Source: an uncultured Erysipelotrichaceae bacterium (GTDB lineage: Bacteria; Bacillota_I; Bacilli_A; RF39; UBA660). From it: 64,000 nucleotides of DNA. Position 1 is the stretch's first letter, and every line of letters begins with the position of its first letter. Where the stretch lies: positions 64,606 to 128,605 of the forward strand of contig CAUSWF010000002.1 of NCBI GenBank assembly GCA_963535465.1. Direction: 5' to 3'. Position numbers and translations under genes: made by a program. The notes below the pieces were generated by a model. That model did no database searches, was not told the DNA's origin, and saw only the letters and a list, made by a program, of their open reading frames with translations. Of this stretch, positions 53,649 to 64,000 are shown in pieces.

Positions 53649-55193
53649 ATGACAAGACAAACAACTATTAATAAAGTAATTGATTTTCTAACTCGAATAA
53701 AAGAAGCAGGATATACAAATGTAAAACAATATTGTAAAGATTTTAATGAACCTTATTCTTCTTATGCTAATAATGTAAGTAAAATTATGAATGATGCTGA
53801 TGTTCATGATGATTATAAAAATACTATTAAAACATTAAAATCTGATATTAAATGTAATAATAAATCTAATAATTCTGTTATTAACTCTGAAAAACTTGAT
53901 TCGGATGATCGTGCTAATACAGAAATAGTGCGCGATGAAGAAGGTAAAGTACTTTATTATAAGTTTGAAATTTATCGTAGAGATAAATCTCCTGTAGTAG
54001 GACAACTTACACGTGAAGAAATGAATAGTGTGTATCGTCTTTATTCATACTATGGTGCTAATATTACTCAACGTGAAATTTCTCGCACTCTTCCAGAATA
54101 TTCTTTAGTTGATTTTAAACGCATTCTTAGAGTATTTAATATTACTAAAGCTTGTTCTCCTTTTGCACCTCATATGTTTGAGGAATATTCAGAAGAAGAA
54201 CTCAAGGATATGCACTTACGTTTAAAAGAAAATGACTTTCTTAAGAAACTTGAAAAAGATGAAATTAATGATTTACGTAAATTAAATACTAATTTAGCTA
54301 AAGAATTAAATAATTTTAAGACTAATGTACTTCAAAATGTAATTGATGCAGGTATTGAAATTAAAGATTCTAATTTTAAACCGCGTGAATTTACACAAAA
54401 AGAACCTAATACAAAGAATTTGATCATTTGGTTGTCTGATATGCATATTGGAGCATATAATGATGCTTTTGGTACATATAGTATTGTTGAATATAATAAA
54501 GAAGATATACAACATCGTCTTGATGTTATTGTTAGTAAGTTTGCAAATAAAACTTATACTAATATTTATGTAGTAAATTTGGGAGATTCTGTAGATTCCT
54601 TTAAGAAAGAAACTACAAGAGGTGAACACCCATTGCCATCTGTATGGAATGATAAAGAGATTTCAATGAATTATATAGAATTAATGAAACAATTCTTTGT
54701 AAATTTGCAAGCTAATACTCATTATACTAATATGACTTATCTGTGTATTGGTGAATCCAACCATGACGGTGACACGGGATGGCTTAATAATAAAATTCTT
54801 GAAGCTCACCTTCAGAATATGGGAATATATACTTATATTAGTAACTATTCTATTGATGTATTTGGTGTTGGTAATCATACATTTGTGTTTGCACATGGAA
54901 AAGATAACCAGAACCAATTTAAGAATTTCCCGCTTACTCTTAACGATAAAACAGATTTGTATTTTACACAATGGATGAATGAAAATAATGTTGTTGGTAA
55001 ATATAAATATGTAGTAAAAGGTGATTTACATCGTTTTGCTTATACTGTAGGTAATACTTTTGATTATATCAGTGTGGGTTCTCTTTATGGTAGCAGTAAT
55101 TGGATTACAGCTAACTTTGGTAATACTAAGTGGAGTATTAATTTTATGGAAATACAAGGTAATGACATGCAAATCGGAACAATCCGCGAGTAG
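53649..55193 (+). CDS. Mre11/SbcD-like calcineurin-fold metallophosphoesterase nuclease (T4 gp47-like); TAG terminator
   Basis: Motifs LSDMHIG (D-x-H), NLGDSVD (GD), GESNHD (GNHD/E), FAHGKD. Ends with TAG at 55191-55193. Confidence 0.55.
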   Translation: MTRQTTINKVIDFLTRIKEAGYTNVKQYCKDFNEPYSSYANNVSKIMNDADVHDDYKNTIKTLKSDIKCNNKSNNSVINSEKLDSDDRANTEIVRDEEGKVLYYKFEIYRRDKSPVVGQLTREEMNSVYRLYSYYGANITQREISRTLPEYSLVDFKRILRVFNITKACSPFAPHMFEEYSEEELKDMHLRLKENDFLKKLEKDEINDLRKLNTNLAKELNNFKTNVLQNVIDAGIEIKDSNFKPREFTQKEPNTKNLIIWLSDMHIGAYNDAFGTYSIVEYNKEDIQHRLDVIVSKFANKTYTNIYVVNLGDSVDSFKKETTRGEHPLPSVWNDKEISMNYIELMKQFFVNLQANTHYTNMTYLCIGESNHDGDTGWLNNKILEAHLQNMGIYTYISNYSIDVFGVGNHTFVFAHGKDNQNQFKNFPLTLNDKTDLYFTQWMNENNVVGKYKYVVKGDLHRFAYTVGNTFDYISVGSLYGSSNWITANFGNTKWSINFMEIQGNDMQIGTIRE

Positions 55194-55889
55194 GATAATA
55201 TCTTTAGACAATTTATTAGAGTATTTTAAGTATTTAGAAGTTAATTTTATTTGGACTTATGATGAATTTTCTAAAATACTAAATAAATATAAATACTTTA
55301 TAAATAAATATAACATTACAATAAATTGGGAATCCTATGATCCAGGATTCACTGATTTAGAAAAATACATATCTACAATTGTATTAAAAAGAATTTTAAG
55401 AAATGTGAAATTTGATAATACTTGTTTAGGTATAGTATCATGCAAAAGAAGCAATTTAACAGATAAACAATATTTAGAATTACAAAAATTTTCAGAATAT
55501 TGTAGATTTGATATAAATTTTTTATAATTATATAAATTTTATTATGATTAAAACATGGAAAATTTAGTAGAAAAAGTAATTAAATTATGTGATAATATTT
55601 GTAATGGTAATTATCCTATTGATAATTTAGGTGTATATAAAAGTTATAATACTGGCTTTACTATTAATAATAAACTAGCTATATTTATAAATTCTGATAC
55701 TTTAAACATAAGTACAAATAAAGGTATATTATCTGTAAATATGGATATAGTTGAAAAAGCTAGTATAACTATTGCATTTCAAAAATTAGAAGAATATTCT
55801 AAACAATTAGCTGAAACTGTTTTAGATGAATATATTAATGTAGAAAATACTAAGATTTCTAATATTAATGAATTAGACTGTAATAATTA

Positions 55890-56669
55890 ATGGATATTCA
55901 ATTAGACGATTTACTAAAAGGAAAACAAACAAGAATTAAAGATAAAGAATATTTTGAAACAGAAGCTTATGTAAATCCTTTCTTAGAAAGAATGAGTAAA
56001 ATTACTTCTGATTTTAGAGTTAAAGTAGAGTTACCTCCACAGGTAACTCTTACTAAAGAAGGCGATGTAAATCTTGAAGATATTACTTATAATAGAGTAT
56101 GGTTACAAGCTGTACTTCCAGAAAGTTATAATGTTGATAATCATCAAGATGTAGTAGGAATGGTTTACGGTTTAGATACTAGAAAACCAGTTGTTAAATT
56201 CTATAGAGGTGGATTGAATATGGCATGTACTAATTTATGTGTATTTAATCCAGATTATCTTGATGTACAAGAGTTACAACCAGAAGCTGCCATTGATTAT
56301 CGTCCTTTAGATGCTTTAATTAATAAAGCAAGTGAGATTAAAGTATTTTTGGATAAGTTACATAATCATACTTTCCCAAGAGACAATCAATATATTAATG
56401 AACAATTAGGTATGTGGATAAGAAATAGTCTTAACATGCCTTATTATAATGGAGTTAATAATGTAAAGTTAGCAACTTCTACTGCAATTGATGCATATAA
56501 GCTTCTATTTGAAAAAGAAGCTTCTCCTTATTTTGTACCATCAGATTCTAATACTAATATGTTTAATGTATACAATGCTTTCACCGAACTTATTAGCAAT
56601 GATAAAGATAAGGATATTATGAATAAATGCGAAAAAACACTACTTCTAAAGAGTATTTTAGGCATCTAA
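55890..56669 (+). CDS. hypothetical protein (259 aa)
   Basis: Intact ORF, ATGA-coupled to the upstream gene. Confidence 0.45.
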   Translation: MDIQLDDLLKGKQTRIKDKEYFETEAYVNPFLERMSKITSDFRVKVELPPQVTLTKEGDVNLEDITYNRVWLQAVLPESYNVDNHQDVVGMVYGLDTRKPVVKFYRGGLNMACTNLCVFNPDYLDVQELQPEAAIDYRPLDALINKASEIKVFLDKLHNHTFPRDNQYINEQLGMWIRNSLNMPYYNGVNNVKLATSTAIDAYKLLFEKEASPYFVPSDSNTNMFNVYNAFTELISNDKDKDIMNKCEKTLLLKSILGI

Positions 56670-56678
56670 TTAGTTTTG

Positions 56679-56717
56679 AATTGTGAATTATTTAGACTAT
56701 CTTTATAGTTCACAATT
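56679..56717 (+). promoter_or_regulatory. inverted repeat (candidate operator) upstream of nrdD
   Basis: AATTGTGAA-21 nt-TTCACAATT, ending 15 nt before the nrdD ATG. Confidence 0.3.
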
Positions 56718-56731
56718 TAAAATACTAATAT

Positions 56732-58837
56732 ATGATTGTAATTAAAAGAGACGGACGAAAAGAACAATTTAATGAAAACAAGATTAAGAAAGCTATTTCA
56801 AAATGTTACTTAGCTAATGACGAACTGCCAGATGAAATACAAATTAACAAGATTGTATCAGAGATAGAAAATTTAACTGATGAATTAACAGTAGAAGAAA
56901 TACAAGACTTTATAATTAATGATTTAGAAGATTTAGATATAGCTCAATCTTATAAAGAATATAGAGAACAACGAAATAAAATTCGAGACTTTAAATTAAA
57001 TCAAAAATTTTACAACACTGTTACTGAATTAGTTGATAGGAAACAAAACGAAGCATCTAAAGAAAATTCTAATAAAGATGCTACTCAAATCCATGTAATT
57101 AGAGATTTAATCGCAGGAGAAACTTCACGTAAACTTTATAATGAACTTATAATGCCTAAGAAATTACGTGAATTACATGAAAAAGGAATACTTCACGTAC
57201 ATGATACTGACTATAGATTACAACAAAATGAGACTAATTGCGAGCTATCAAATCTTGAAGATACTCTAAGTAAGGGAACTGTAATGAATGGCAAATTCAT
57301 TGAACCACCTAAGAGTTTAAGAACTGCTTGTACTGTGGCTTCTCAAATTATTACAGCTGTAAGCTCATCTACTTATGGAGGGCAAACTATTACTATGTCA
57401 CATTTAGCTAAATATGTTAAAGTATCCAAAGAAAAGATAACTAAGAAAATGGCTAAGTTAAGAGTTACTGATCCTAATGTAGTTAATGCTTTATTACAGG
57501 ATGAAATTAAAGACTCAATACAAACTTTACTATATCAGTTGAACACTATCTCTTGTACTAACGGACAGAGTCCTTTCATAACGTTATTTTTATACCTTGA
57601 TGAGAAACCAGAGTATAAAAAAGAAACTTTAATGCTTTGTAAAGAGGTAATTAAACAACGCATAGAAGGAATGAAGTCTCCTTCTAGATATATTATTAGT
57701 CCTACATTCCCTAAATTAGTAATTTGTTTAACTGATAAAATGTTTATTGAAGGTACTCCTGATTATGAATTTGCAAAATTATGTGCTAAATGTGTAACAA
57801 AACGTATGGTTCCAGATTTCATATCTGAGAAGAACATGAAGGCACTTAAAGAAGGATGTGTAATACCGCCAATGGGATGCAGAAGTATATTACATCCTTG
57901 GAAGGATAAGAACGGTAATTATCAAATATACGGTAGAAATAATGTTGGTGTAATATCAATTAATTTACCATATTTAGCTCTTGAAAGTAAAACTATAGAA
58001 GAATTTTATGGTAAACTTGAAGATATGATTGACTATGTGTCTAAGACACAAAAATCTATCTATGATGTTATTGTAGATTCTCCTGTAGATATTGCTCCTA
58101 TACTTTATATGTATGGAGTATTAGATAGAGCTAAATCAGGAACTAAAATTAAAGATGTCATTGGTAATTGTAAATGTTCTGTATCTATAGGATATATGGG
58201 AATTGCAGAATGTGTTGAACGATTTGGAATAAGTTATAATACTAAAGAAGGGCATGATTTAGGTATTAGTATTATTAAACATATGTTTGATAGAACTAAT
58301 TACAATAAAGAAAAATATGATATAGCTCTTAGTTTATATGGGACTCCTGCCGAGAGTTTGACCACGAAGTTTGCTAAAGCATTAAAAGTATTTCCAATTA
58401 TCCCTCATGTTAATGATAGAACTTATATTACTAATAGTTATCACATTCCTGTTGAAACACATATAGATGCTTTTAGTAAGATGGATTTTGAATCAGAGTT
58501 TCAGAAATACTCTACAGGTGGTGCGATTTCTTATGTTGAAGTACCTGATGTTCGTAATAATCCAGAAGCAATCTTTGAATTAATGAAACATATATATGAT
58601 GTAATGGTTTATTGTGAGATAAATACTACATCATGTTCAATTTGTTATAATTGTGGTTTTGAAGGTGAAATAGAATTATCAGAAGATGGTACTCATTGTA
58701 CTTGTCCTAATTGTGGATGTACTGATCCTTCAAAATTACATGTTATCCTCCGCTCTTGCGGATATCTTGGTGAGTATTCATTAGGAACATCTATTGGAAG
58801 AGCTGGAGATATAACTAATAGAGTAAAACATTTATAA
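56732..58837 (+). CDS. nrdD: anaerobic ribonucleoside-triphosphate reductase
   Basis: 701 aa. C-terminal Zn ribbon CSICYNCG...CTCPNCGC and glycyl-radical motif RSCGYLG. Confidence 0.85.
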   Translation: MIVIKRDGRKEQFNENKIKKAISKCYLANDELPDEIQINKIVSEIENLTDELTVEEIQDFIINDLEDLDIAQSYKEYREQRNKIRDFKLNQKFYNTVTELVDRKQNEASKENSNKDATQIHVIRDLIAGETSRKLYNELIMPKKLRELHEKGILHVHDTDYRLQQNETNCELSNLEDTLSKGTVMNGKFIEPPKSLRTACTVASQIITAVSSSTYGGQTITMSHLAKYVKVSKEKITKKMAKLRVTDPNVVNALLQDEIKDSIQTLLYQLNTISCTNGQSPFITLFLYLDEKPEYKKETLMLCKEVIKQRIEGMKSPSRYIISPTFPKLVICLTDKMFIEGTPDYEFAKLCAKCVTKRMVPDFISEKNMKALKEGCVIPPMGCRSILHPWKDKNGNYQIYGRNNVGVISINLPYLALESKTIEEFYGKLEDMIDYVSKTQKSIYDVIVDSPVDIAPILYMYGVLDRAKSGTKIKDVIGNCKCSVSIGYMGIAECVERFGISYNTKEGHDLGISIIKHMFDRTNYNKEKYDIALSLYGTPAESLTTKFAKALKVFPIIPHVNDRTYITNSYHIPVETHIDAFSKMDFESEFQKYSTGGAISYVEVPDVRNNPEAIFELMKHIYDVMVYCEINTTSCSICYNCGFEGEIELSEDGTHCTCPNCGCTDPSKLHVILRSCGYLGEYSLGTSIGRAGDITNRVKHL

Positions 58838-59220
58838 TTATGGAAGATTGTATAAAAATAATTCATAATGAAAATAATTCATTTACAGTTTCTTACAAAG
58901 ATAAGTATGCTGATGAATTATGTTGGGAAGAAATGTTAGGTTTAATTGCTAGTTTAACTATTAGTAGTAATAAACCTTGTCAACAATGGTTACGAACAGA
59001 CGAAGAACATGAAAAATTCAATCAATCTTTACGTAAATACTCAACAGTTTAAAAATAAAAAATTTATAAATTATGGATGAAGAATTGTTTGATAAAGAGT
59101 TGCAAAAAAGACTTGGAATAGTTTATCACAAAGAAACTGGCACAGTTAGTGTCTGTGGTTATATTCCAGATCCTATTGCTTATACTAATATAGCAATATA
59201 TAAACAAATCATGGGAATGA

Positions 59221-59703
59221 ATGCTTAACATTTTAGAAATAAAACAATATGATGTTATCAACGGTCCTGGAATAAGATGTTCTATTTGGGTAGCTGGATG
59301 CAATAATCATTGCGAAGGTTGTTGGAGTCCTCATACATGGAATCCAAATCAAGGTAGACCTTTAAAAGAGTGTATTCCTGAAATTAAGAACTATCTTAAT
59401 AATCCGAAAGTAACTGGAGTATCTATATTAGGTGGAGATCTATTTTATCATTTATTTAATGGAGATTATAACGATGTAGTAACATTATTAATGCTATGTC
59501 ATAGTTATAATAAACCTGTATGGGTATGGACTGGTTATACAAAAGAAGAAATAGATAAACGTTTACAAGAATTACGTATACCTAAATTATTAAATGCTTT
59601 TGTAGATGTTCTTATTGATGGACGATTTGATATTACTAAAAAAGATATGAACCTTAAATGGAGAGGTTCCTCAAATCAAAGAATAATTAAAATAAATAAA
59701 TAA
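59221..59703 (+). CDS. nrdG: anaerobic RNR activating protein (radical SAM)
   Basis: GPGIRCSIWVAGCNNHCEGCWSPHTW (CxxxCxxC radical-SAM cluster). Confidence 0.8.
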   Translation: MLNILEIKQYDVINGPGIRCSIWVAGCNNHCEGCWSPHTWNPNQGRPLKECIPEIKNYLNNPKVTGVSILGGDLFYHLFNGDYNDVVTLLMLCHSYNKPVWVWTGYTKEEIDKRLQELRIPKLLNAFVDVLIDGRFDITKKDMNLKWRGSSNQRIIKINK

Positions 59704-62700
59704 CTTAAGCTCACTATATTAATTTATAGTGAGCTATTTTTATGTACTTATGGAGTTAACTTATACAGATGGTTGTATTGCTACTAGTCTTGATATAGAT
59801 GGAGTAGAAAGTATTGATATGAGTATTGAAGACTTTAGAAAAGTTATTCATAAAATTGTTGATAATATTAATGATTTAGCATCACTACAAACTATTTTTA
59901 CTGATTTTGTAGAATGTAATGGTAAACTTGTTAATGAGTATCATTGTGATTGTTGTGGTGATTATGTTACTACTTATACAATAACTATATGAAAAAATTT
60001 AAATTAATTAGGTCCGAAGTTATACCTGTAATGGTTACTTCAACTATAGAAATAGAAGCTGAAAATTTAAAAGAAGCTATAGAACAGGTAGTTGAGGGTG
60101 AAGGTGATATACTTTATACTTCAGAAGATGTAGTGGATTATGCGTATAATATAGAAAAGTATGCTGATAACGCTACTTTATCTATATATGATACTAATAA
60201 TAAATTATTATATAATGATAACGAAACATTTGCTTATGGGCACAATCCATACAAATGTTTTGAATAAATATTAACTTTTTAAAAATTAAAATTATGAATA
60301 AGTTTGAAAAATTAATTAGTGCAAACAGTAATTCAACATTAAAACGTCGTGCAGGCATTATTAGTAATGAAGCTAAAATGGCTCAAGAAGATATTGTAGC
60401 TACGATTAAACGTGCAATCAATCAGGAAGAACTTAAATTAATGAGCCTTACCGACTTTGCTCCTTCACATACTACGAGTTTACAACCAGGTAATTTTGAG
60501 CAAGGAGGTGCTACAGAATGGGCACAAGAATTACAAAAGTGTAAGGAAAATATTTATAATTTGAATATTAAACTTCAATTAGCTAATGATACTTATAAAG
60601 AGTATTTCGCTGAAGAAAATATAGAGGAGGTTTAATCATGGGACCACGTAAAGTTTTTAATTTTAAAGTTAAAGAGATAATTGGATACATTGAACATTAT
60701 AACGGAAATTCAGGTGAAAGCAGTAATGATGAGAATATTGATTCAGTAGATATTTATTTATCTGGAGGTAAAGTAGTTACTTTAGATCTAACAGATGATC
60801 CTCTTAATGGCGATGAACTTGCTAAAATCTTAGGATATAATTCTGACTATTGGGATACTTTGTACGGTAAAGAAAATCCAACTAAATTACTTAGATCTGA
60901 ACTGAAATCCAAATCAACATATAATCCTTATGAATAAAGAAACGGAAGCTAAATACGATAAATTATATGAGAATTATTTAGAAAATTATTATTCTGATAT
61001 TCTAAAAAGAAAGGAATTTTTTGACATCCTAACTAAATATTCTGATGATCTTCCAAAAGATTATGAATTAGAAAATTATGATGTTGAATATTTTTCTTTT
61101 GAAGAGCAATTAATTACGGATATTATCCAATATAATTGTGATGATGCTTATATTTATATCAATATTGATAAAGTAGAAATTGAAGATATAGAAGATATTT
61201 CTGAAAAAGATCTTAATTATATTGTTAAATTTTGCAAGAAACATAATTTAGATATAATAAATATCAATAAAAGAAATTAATTTAAATGATTTTAGATAAT
61301 TTAATAGGGAAAAGTATTTATATTAGATTTAAAAGAAATAGTTATAGTTCTAATAAAAATGTTATTTTATTAGAAGTTAATAACTTTGGTATATGGATAA
61401 AAGAGGGGAATTATGATCATCGTTTCTATCCGTATAATAGTATTGAATATATTTCAACTGATAATTTATAAAATTATGCTAAATGATAAGTTAGATTCTA
61501 TGATTATAGAATCAAGAAAAAGTAATAATTCGGATAAATTAAGAGTATTACAAGCTATTAAATCTGAATTTAGTAAAGTTATTCATTCTAAACAAATTTT
61601 AGATGAAGCTAAAGAATTAAAAATTCTTAATAAAATGTATAAGGAACGTGTAAATTCTGCTAAAATTTATGAAGAAAATGGAAGAAAAGATTTAGCTAAA
61701 ATAGAAAATGCAGAAGCTAGAGAACTAAATCCATTTTTACCTGAAAGAATTAATGAATCTGTGATTATAACATTTACTGAAGATTATATTAAATCTTTAA
61801 ATAGAGATATTTCTATGAAGGATTCTGGGCTTATTATTAAAACAGTTAAAAATAAGTATCCTAGTGCTGAAGGTAAATTAGTAAGTAATATAATTAAACA
61901 ATTTGTAAATAATGGAAATAAATAAATCTTTATTTGAAGAAAGATGTTATTATGAAATTTATCATACTTTATTAAATCTTTTTGAGTATTTTGTTAAACA
62001 TATTAATTCTTATAACGAATTAAGTGAAGAGGAAAAACAACTTTGCCCTAAAAATATATTTGATCAATTAGTTGTATAATATGGAAGTAAATAAACTTTT
62101 ATTCAAACCTATTAAAGTTCCTGTTGAATTTTATTATATGTTGTTAAGACATCTTCAATATTCTATTAAAGATATAGAATCTTATGACGAATTAACTAAA
62201 GAAGAAAAAGAGATATTTCCTAAAGATATATTTGAAAATTTAATAATTAAAAAATAATATGTTATATTTTACAATAAAATTAGCAGAAAATAGTACTTAT
62301 AACTATGAAGTAGATAAAATTAGTTATAATATTGAAAATTTTAATACAAAAGAAATCATATTTTATACATCTAAAAATTTAAATAAAGGAGATATTATAG
62401 ACTTTTGGGAATTAAAGGATTACGATGTTTACTCTGAATATGTTTATAAAATATTAGATTCTAATAAAAATATTGCTACAGTCATAGATTATGATGACAT
62501 TTATGATGTAATTAGTTATGAATATACTAACATGATGATTGTAGTTAGAATAGAACAACTATTTTATGATAAAAAAGAAATAATAGATATTATGGAACGC
62601 ACTAGTGAAATATTATGTGATATATGTGAACTAGATATTCCAATTTACTAATTAAAAATTAATCAATTATGCTATATTTTTCAATACAACATCCTAATGA

Positions 62701-63041
62701 ATACGATCTAGAATTTGCATGTCTTTTATGCGTTTCAAAAAATATAAATGATATTAAGAGTTCTTTAATATTTAAAACTGATGATGATTCTGTTACAATA
62801 AGAGACGAAGATAGTTTAGACTTTTATGAAGTTTATTCTGGGAGTTATGCAGTATTACAATATATGGATGGTTTTAAGTTTAGATCATTTGATATGAGTA
62901 TAGATGCTACTTCCGAATATTATGCAGATTATTTTGATAATGAATCAATAAAAGAAATGAAGGAATGTAAATACTATATTAAAAAAGATGGAAAAATTAT
63001 ATTAGAAAAAGATATAACAGATAACATTAAAAATTTAGTAA

Positions 63042-63752
63042 ATGCATAACATATTAATTGTTCCAGATATTCATGGTAGAACTTTTTGGAAGAAATTAAA
63101 TCCAAATGATGCTGATTTAATTATATTTTTAGGAGATTATACTGATCCATATAATAATGAAAATATAACTCCTGAAATGGCTATAAATAATCTTAAAGAA
63201 TTAGTAAATTTCTATAATAAATATAAGGATAAATGTGTCTTCTTAAAAGGAAATCATGATTATCCTTATATATCAGAATTATATAAAAAGAACTTCGATT
63301 ATTTGTGTAGATATGATTATGAACATGAAGAAGAAATAGTTTCTTTATTAAAAGAACTAAATCTTAAAGATTGTTATATCATTAACAATTATATATTTAG
63401 TCATGCTGGTTTTAATAATCATTATTGGAAACTAATTCAACCTGGATTTAAAGTAGGAGAATCTATTAGTGATGTATTATCTAATTACCCAGAATTAGCT
63501 GCAAGAGTATCTTGGAGAAGAGGTGGAGTTTTTAATTATGGTAGTCACGTTTGGGAAGATTTACATTATTTTCTTGAAAGTTCTCCTAATAAAGAATTAT
63601 CTAAGTATATTCAAATATTTGGACATACCTTTATAAAAGAAGCTATACATCATAATAATTGTTACTGTCTAGATTGTCAAGATATATTTAAATTAAATTT
63701 AGAAACACGTAAATTATGTTATGCTTCAGGAAAAGAAATTACCGAAATATAA
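63042..63752 (+). CDS. calcineurin-like metallophosphatase (Ser/Thr phosphatase-like)
   Basis: VPDIHG, LGDYTD, KGNHD, SHAG, FGHT motifs. Confidence 0.55.
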   Translation: MHNILIVPDIHGRTFWKKLNPNDADLIIFLGDYTDPYNNENITPEMAINNLKELVNFYNKYKDKCVFLKGNHDYPYISELYKKNFDYLCRYDYEHEEEIVSLLKELNLKDCYIINNYIFSHAGFNNHYWKLIQPGFKVGESISDVLSNYPELAARVSWRRGGVFNYGSHVWEDLHYFLESSPNKELSKYIQIFGHTFIKEAIHHNNCYCLDCQDIFKLNLETRKLCYASGKEITEI

Positions 63753-64000
63753 ATTAGGAGAAGAACAAGAAGAAGCATTATCAAGAATAAAAGATTTTGT
63801 AAAAAATAGTAAAGAAATTAGTTTTTCTTTATTTGGGCCTGCTGGAACGGGTAAATCTTTAATGATTTCTTATGTTATTAAATATTTAATAGATGAAGGG
63901 TATGATTATGCTCTATGTGCTCCTACTCATAAAGCTGCTTTAGTTATGAGAACATATACAGGAGAAGATACGACTACTCTTCATAGCCTTTTAGCTTTGT
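63721..64000 (+). CDS. Dda/RecD-like SF1 DNA helicase, N-terminal fragment (runs off window)
   Basis: MLQEKKLPKYKLGEEQEEALSRIKDFVKNSKEISFSLFGPAGTGKSLMISY...YALCAPTHKAALVM. Overlaps the end of the previous gene. Confidence 0.55.
   Translation, partial: MLQEKKLPKYKLGEEQEEALSRIKDFVKNSKEISFSLFGPAGTGKSLMISYVIKYLIDEGYDYALCAPTHKAALVMRTYTGEDTTTLHSLLAL

Noticed and set aside
1-64000. CRISPR arrays, rRNA genes, integrase or transposase
   Set aside because: No regularly spaced direct repeats, no rRNA-like segments, and no tyrosine/serine recombinase or transposase motifs were seen.

Overview
This window is an AT-rich (~28% GC) tailed-phage genome segment, probably from a large phage of a Bacteroidota host. 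Host evidence: almost no Shine-Dalgarno sites, a Bacteroidetes-type signal peptide and lipobox, and at least 12 tRNA-like genes plus a tmRNA.

The main result is stop-codon recoding. The left ~15.3 kb carries the late genes (TerL, virion-associated peptidoglycan hydrolases, GH108 endolysin, holin-like proteins, a fibre-like protein). These genes are only open if in-frame TAG is read as sense. Context favours Gln; for example a TAG falls in the 'L-Q-x-x-L-G' position of the PG_binding_3 domain of the GH108 endolysin. Two tRNAs with CUA anticodons sit immediately after this block at 15783-15948 on the minus strand. One is a class I tRNA closely resembling the phage's own tRNA-Gln(UUG). The other is a class II tRNA whose anticodon arm matches bacterial tRNA-Tyr.

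The right-hand ~28 kb is an early replication/nucleotide-metabolism module in standard code, with no internal TAG. It encodes NrdD/NrdG, a DnaB-like helicase, a primase, SF2 and Dda-like helicases, a Sak4-like ATPase, an SSB-like protein, an Mre11/SbcD-like nuclease, RNase H and a deoxynucleotidase. The few TAG terminators there are backed by nearby in-frame TAA.

Other notable items: a phage-encoded tmRNA at 35955-36273, whose 3' end and tag-encoding region match E. coli ssrA from memory; a LAGLIDADG intein lacking the Cys/Ser1 nucleophile, inserted after the catalytic Lys of a lambda-exo/YqaJ-like exonuclease; an HNH-AP2 homing endonuclease flanked by Cys-rich paralogues; a GC-rich island at 18.4-22.8 kb; and an OmpA-like outer-membrane protein plus lipoprotein pair. 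Several of the tRNA-like genes have imperfect stems and may be degenerate.
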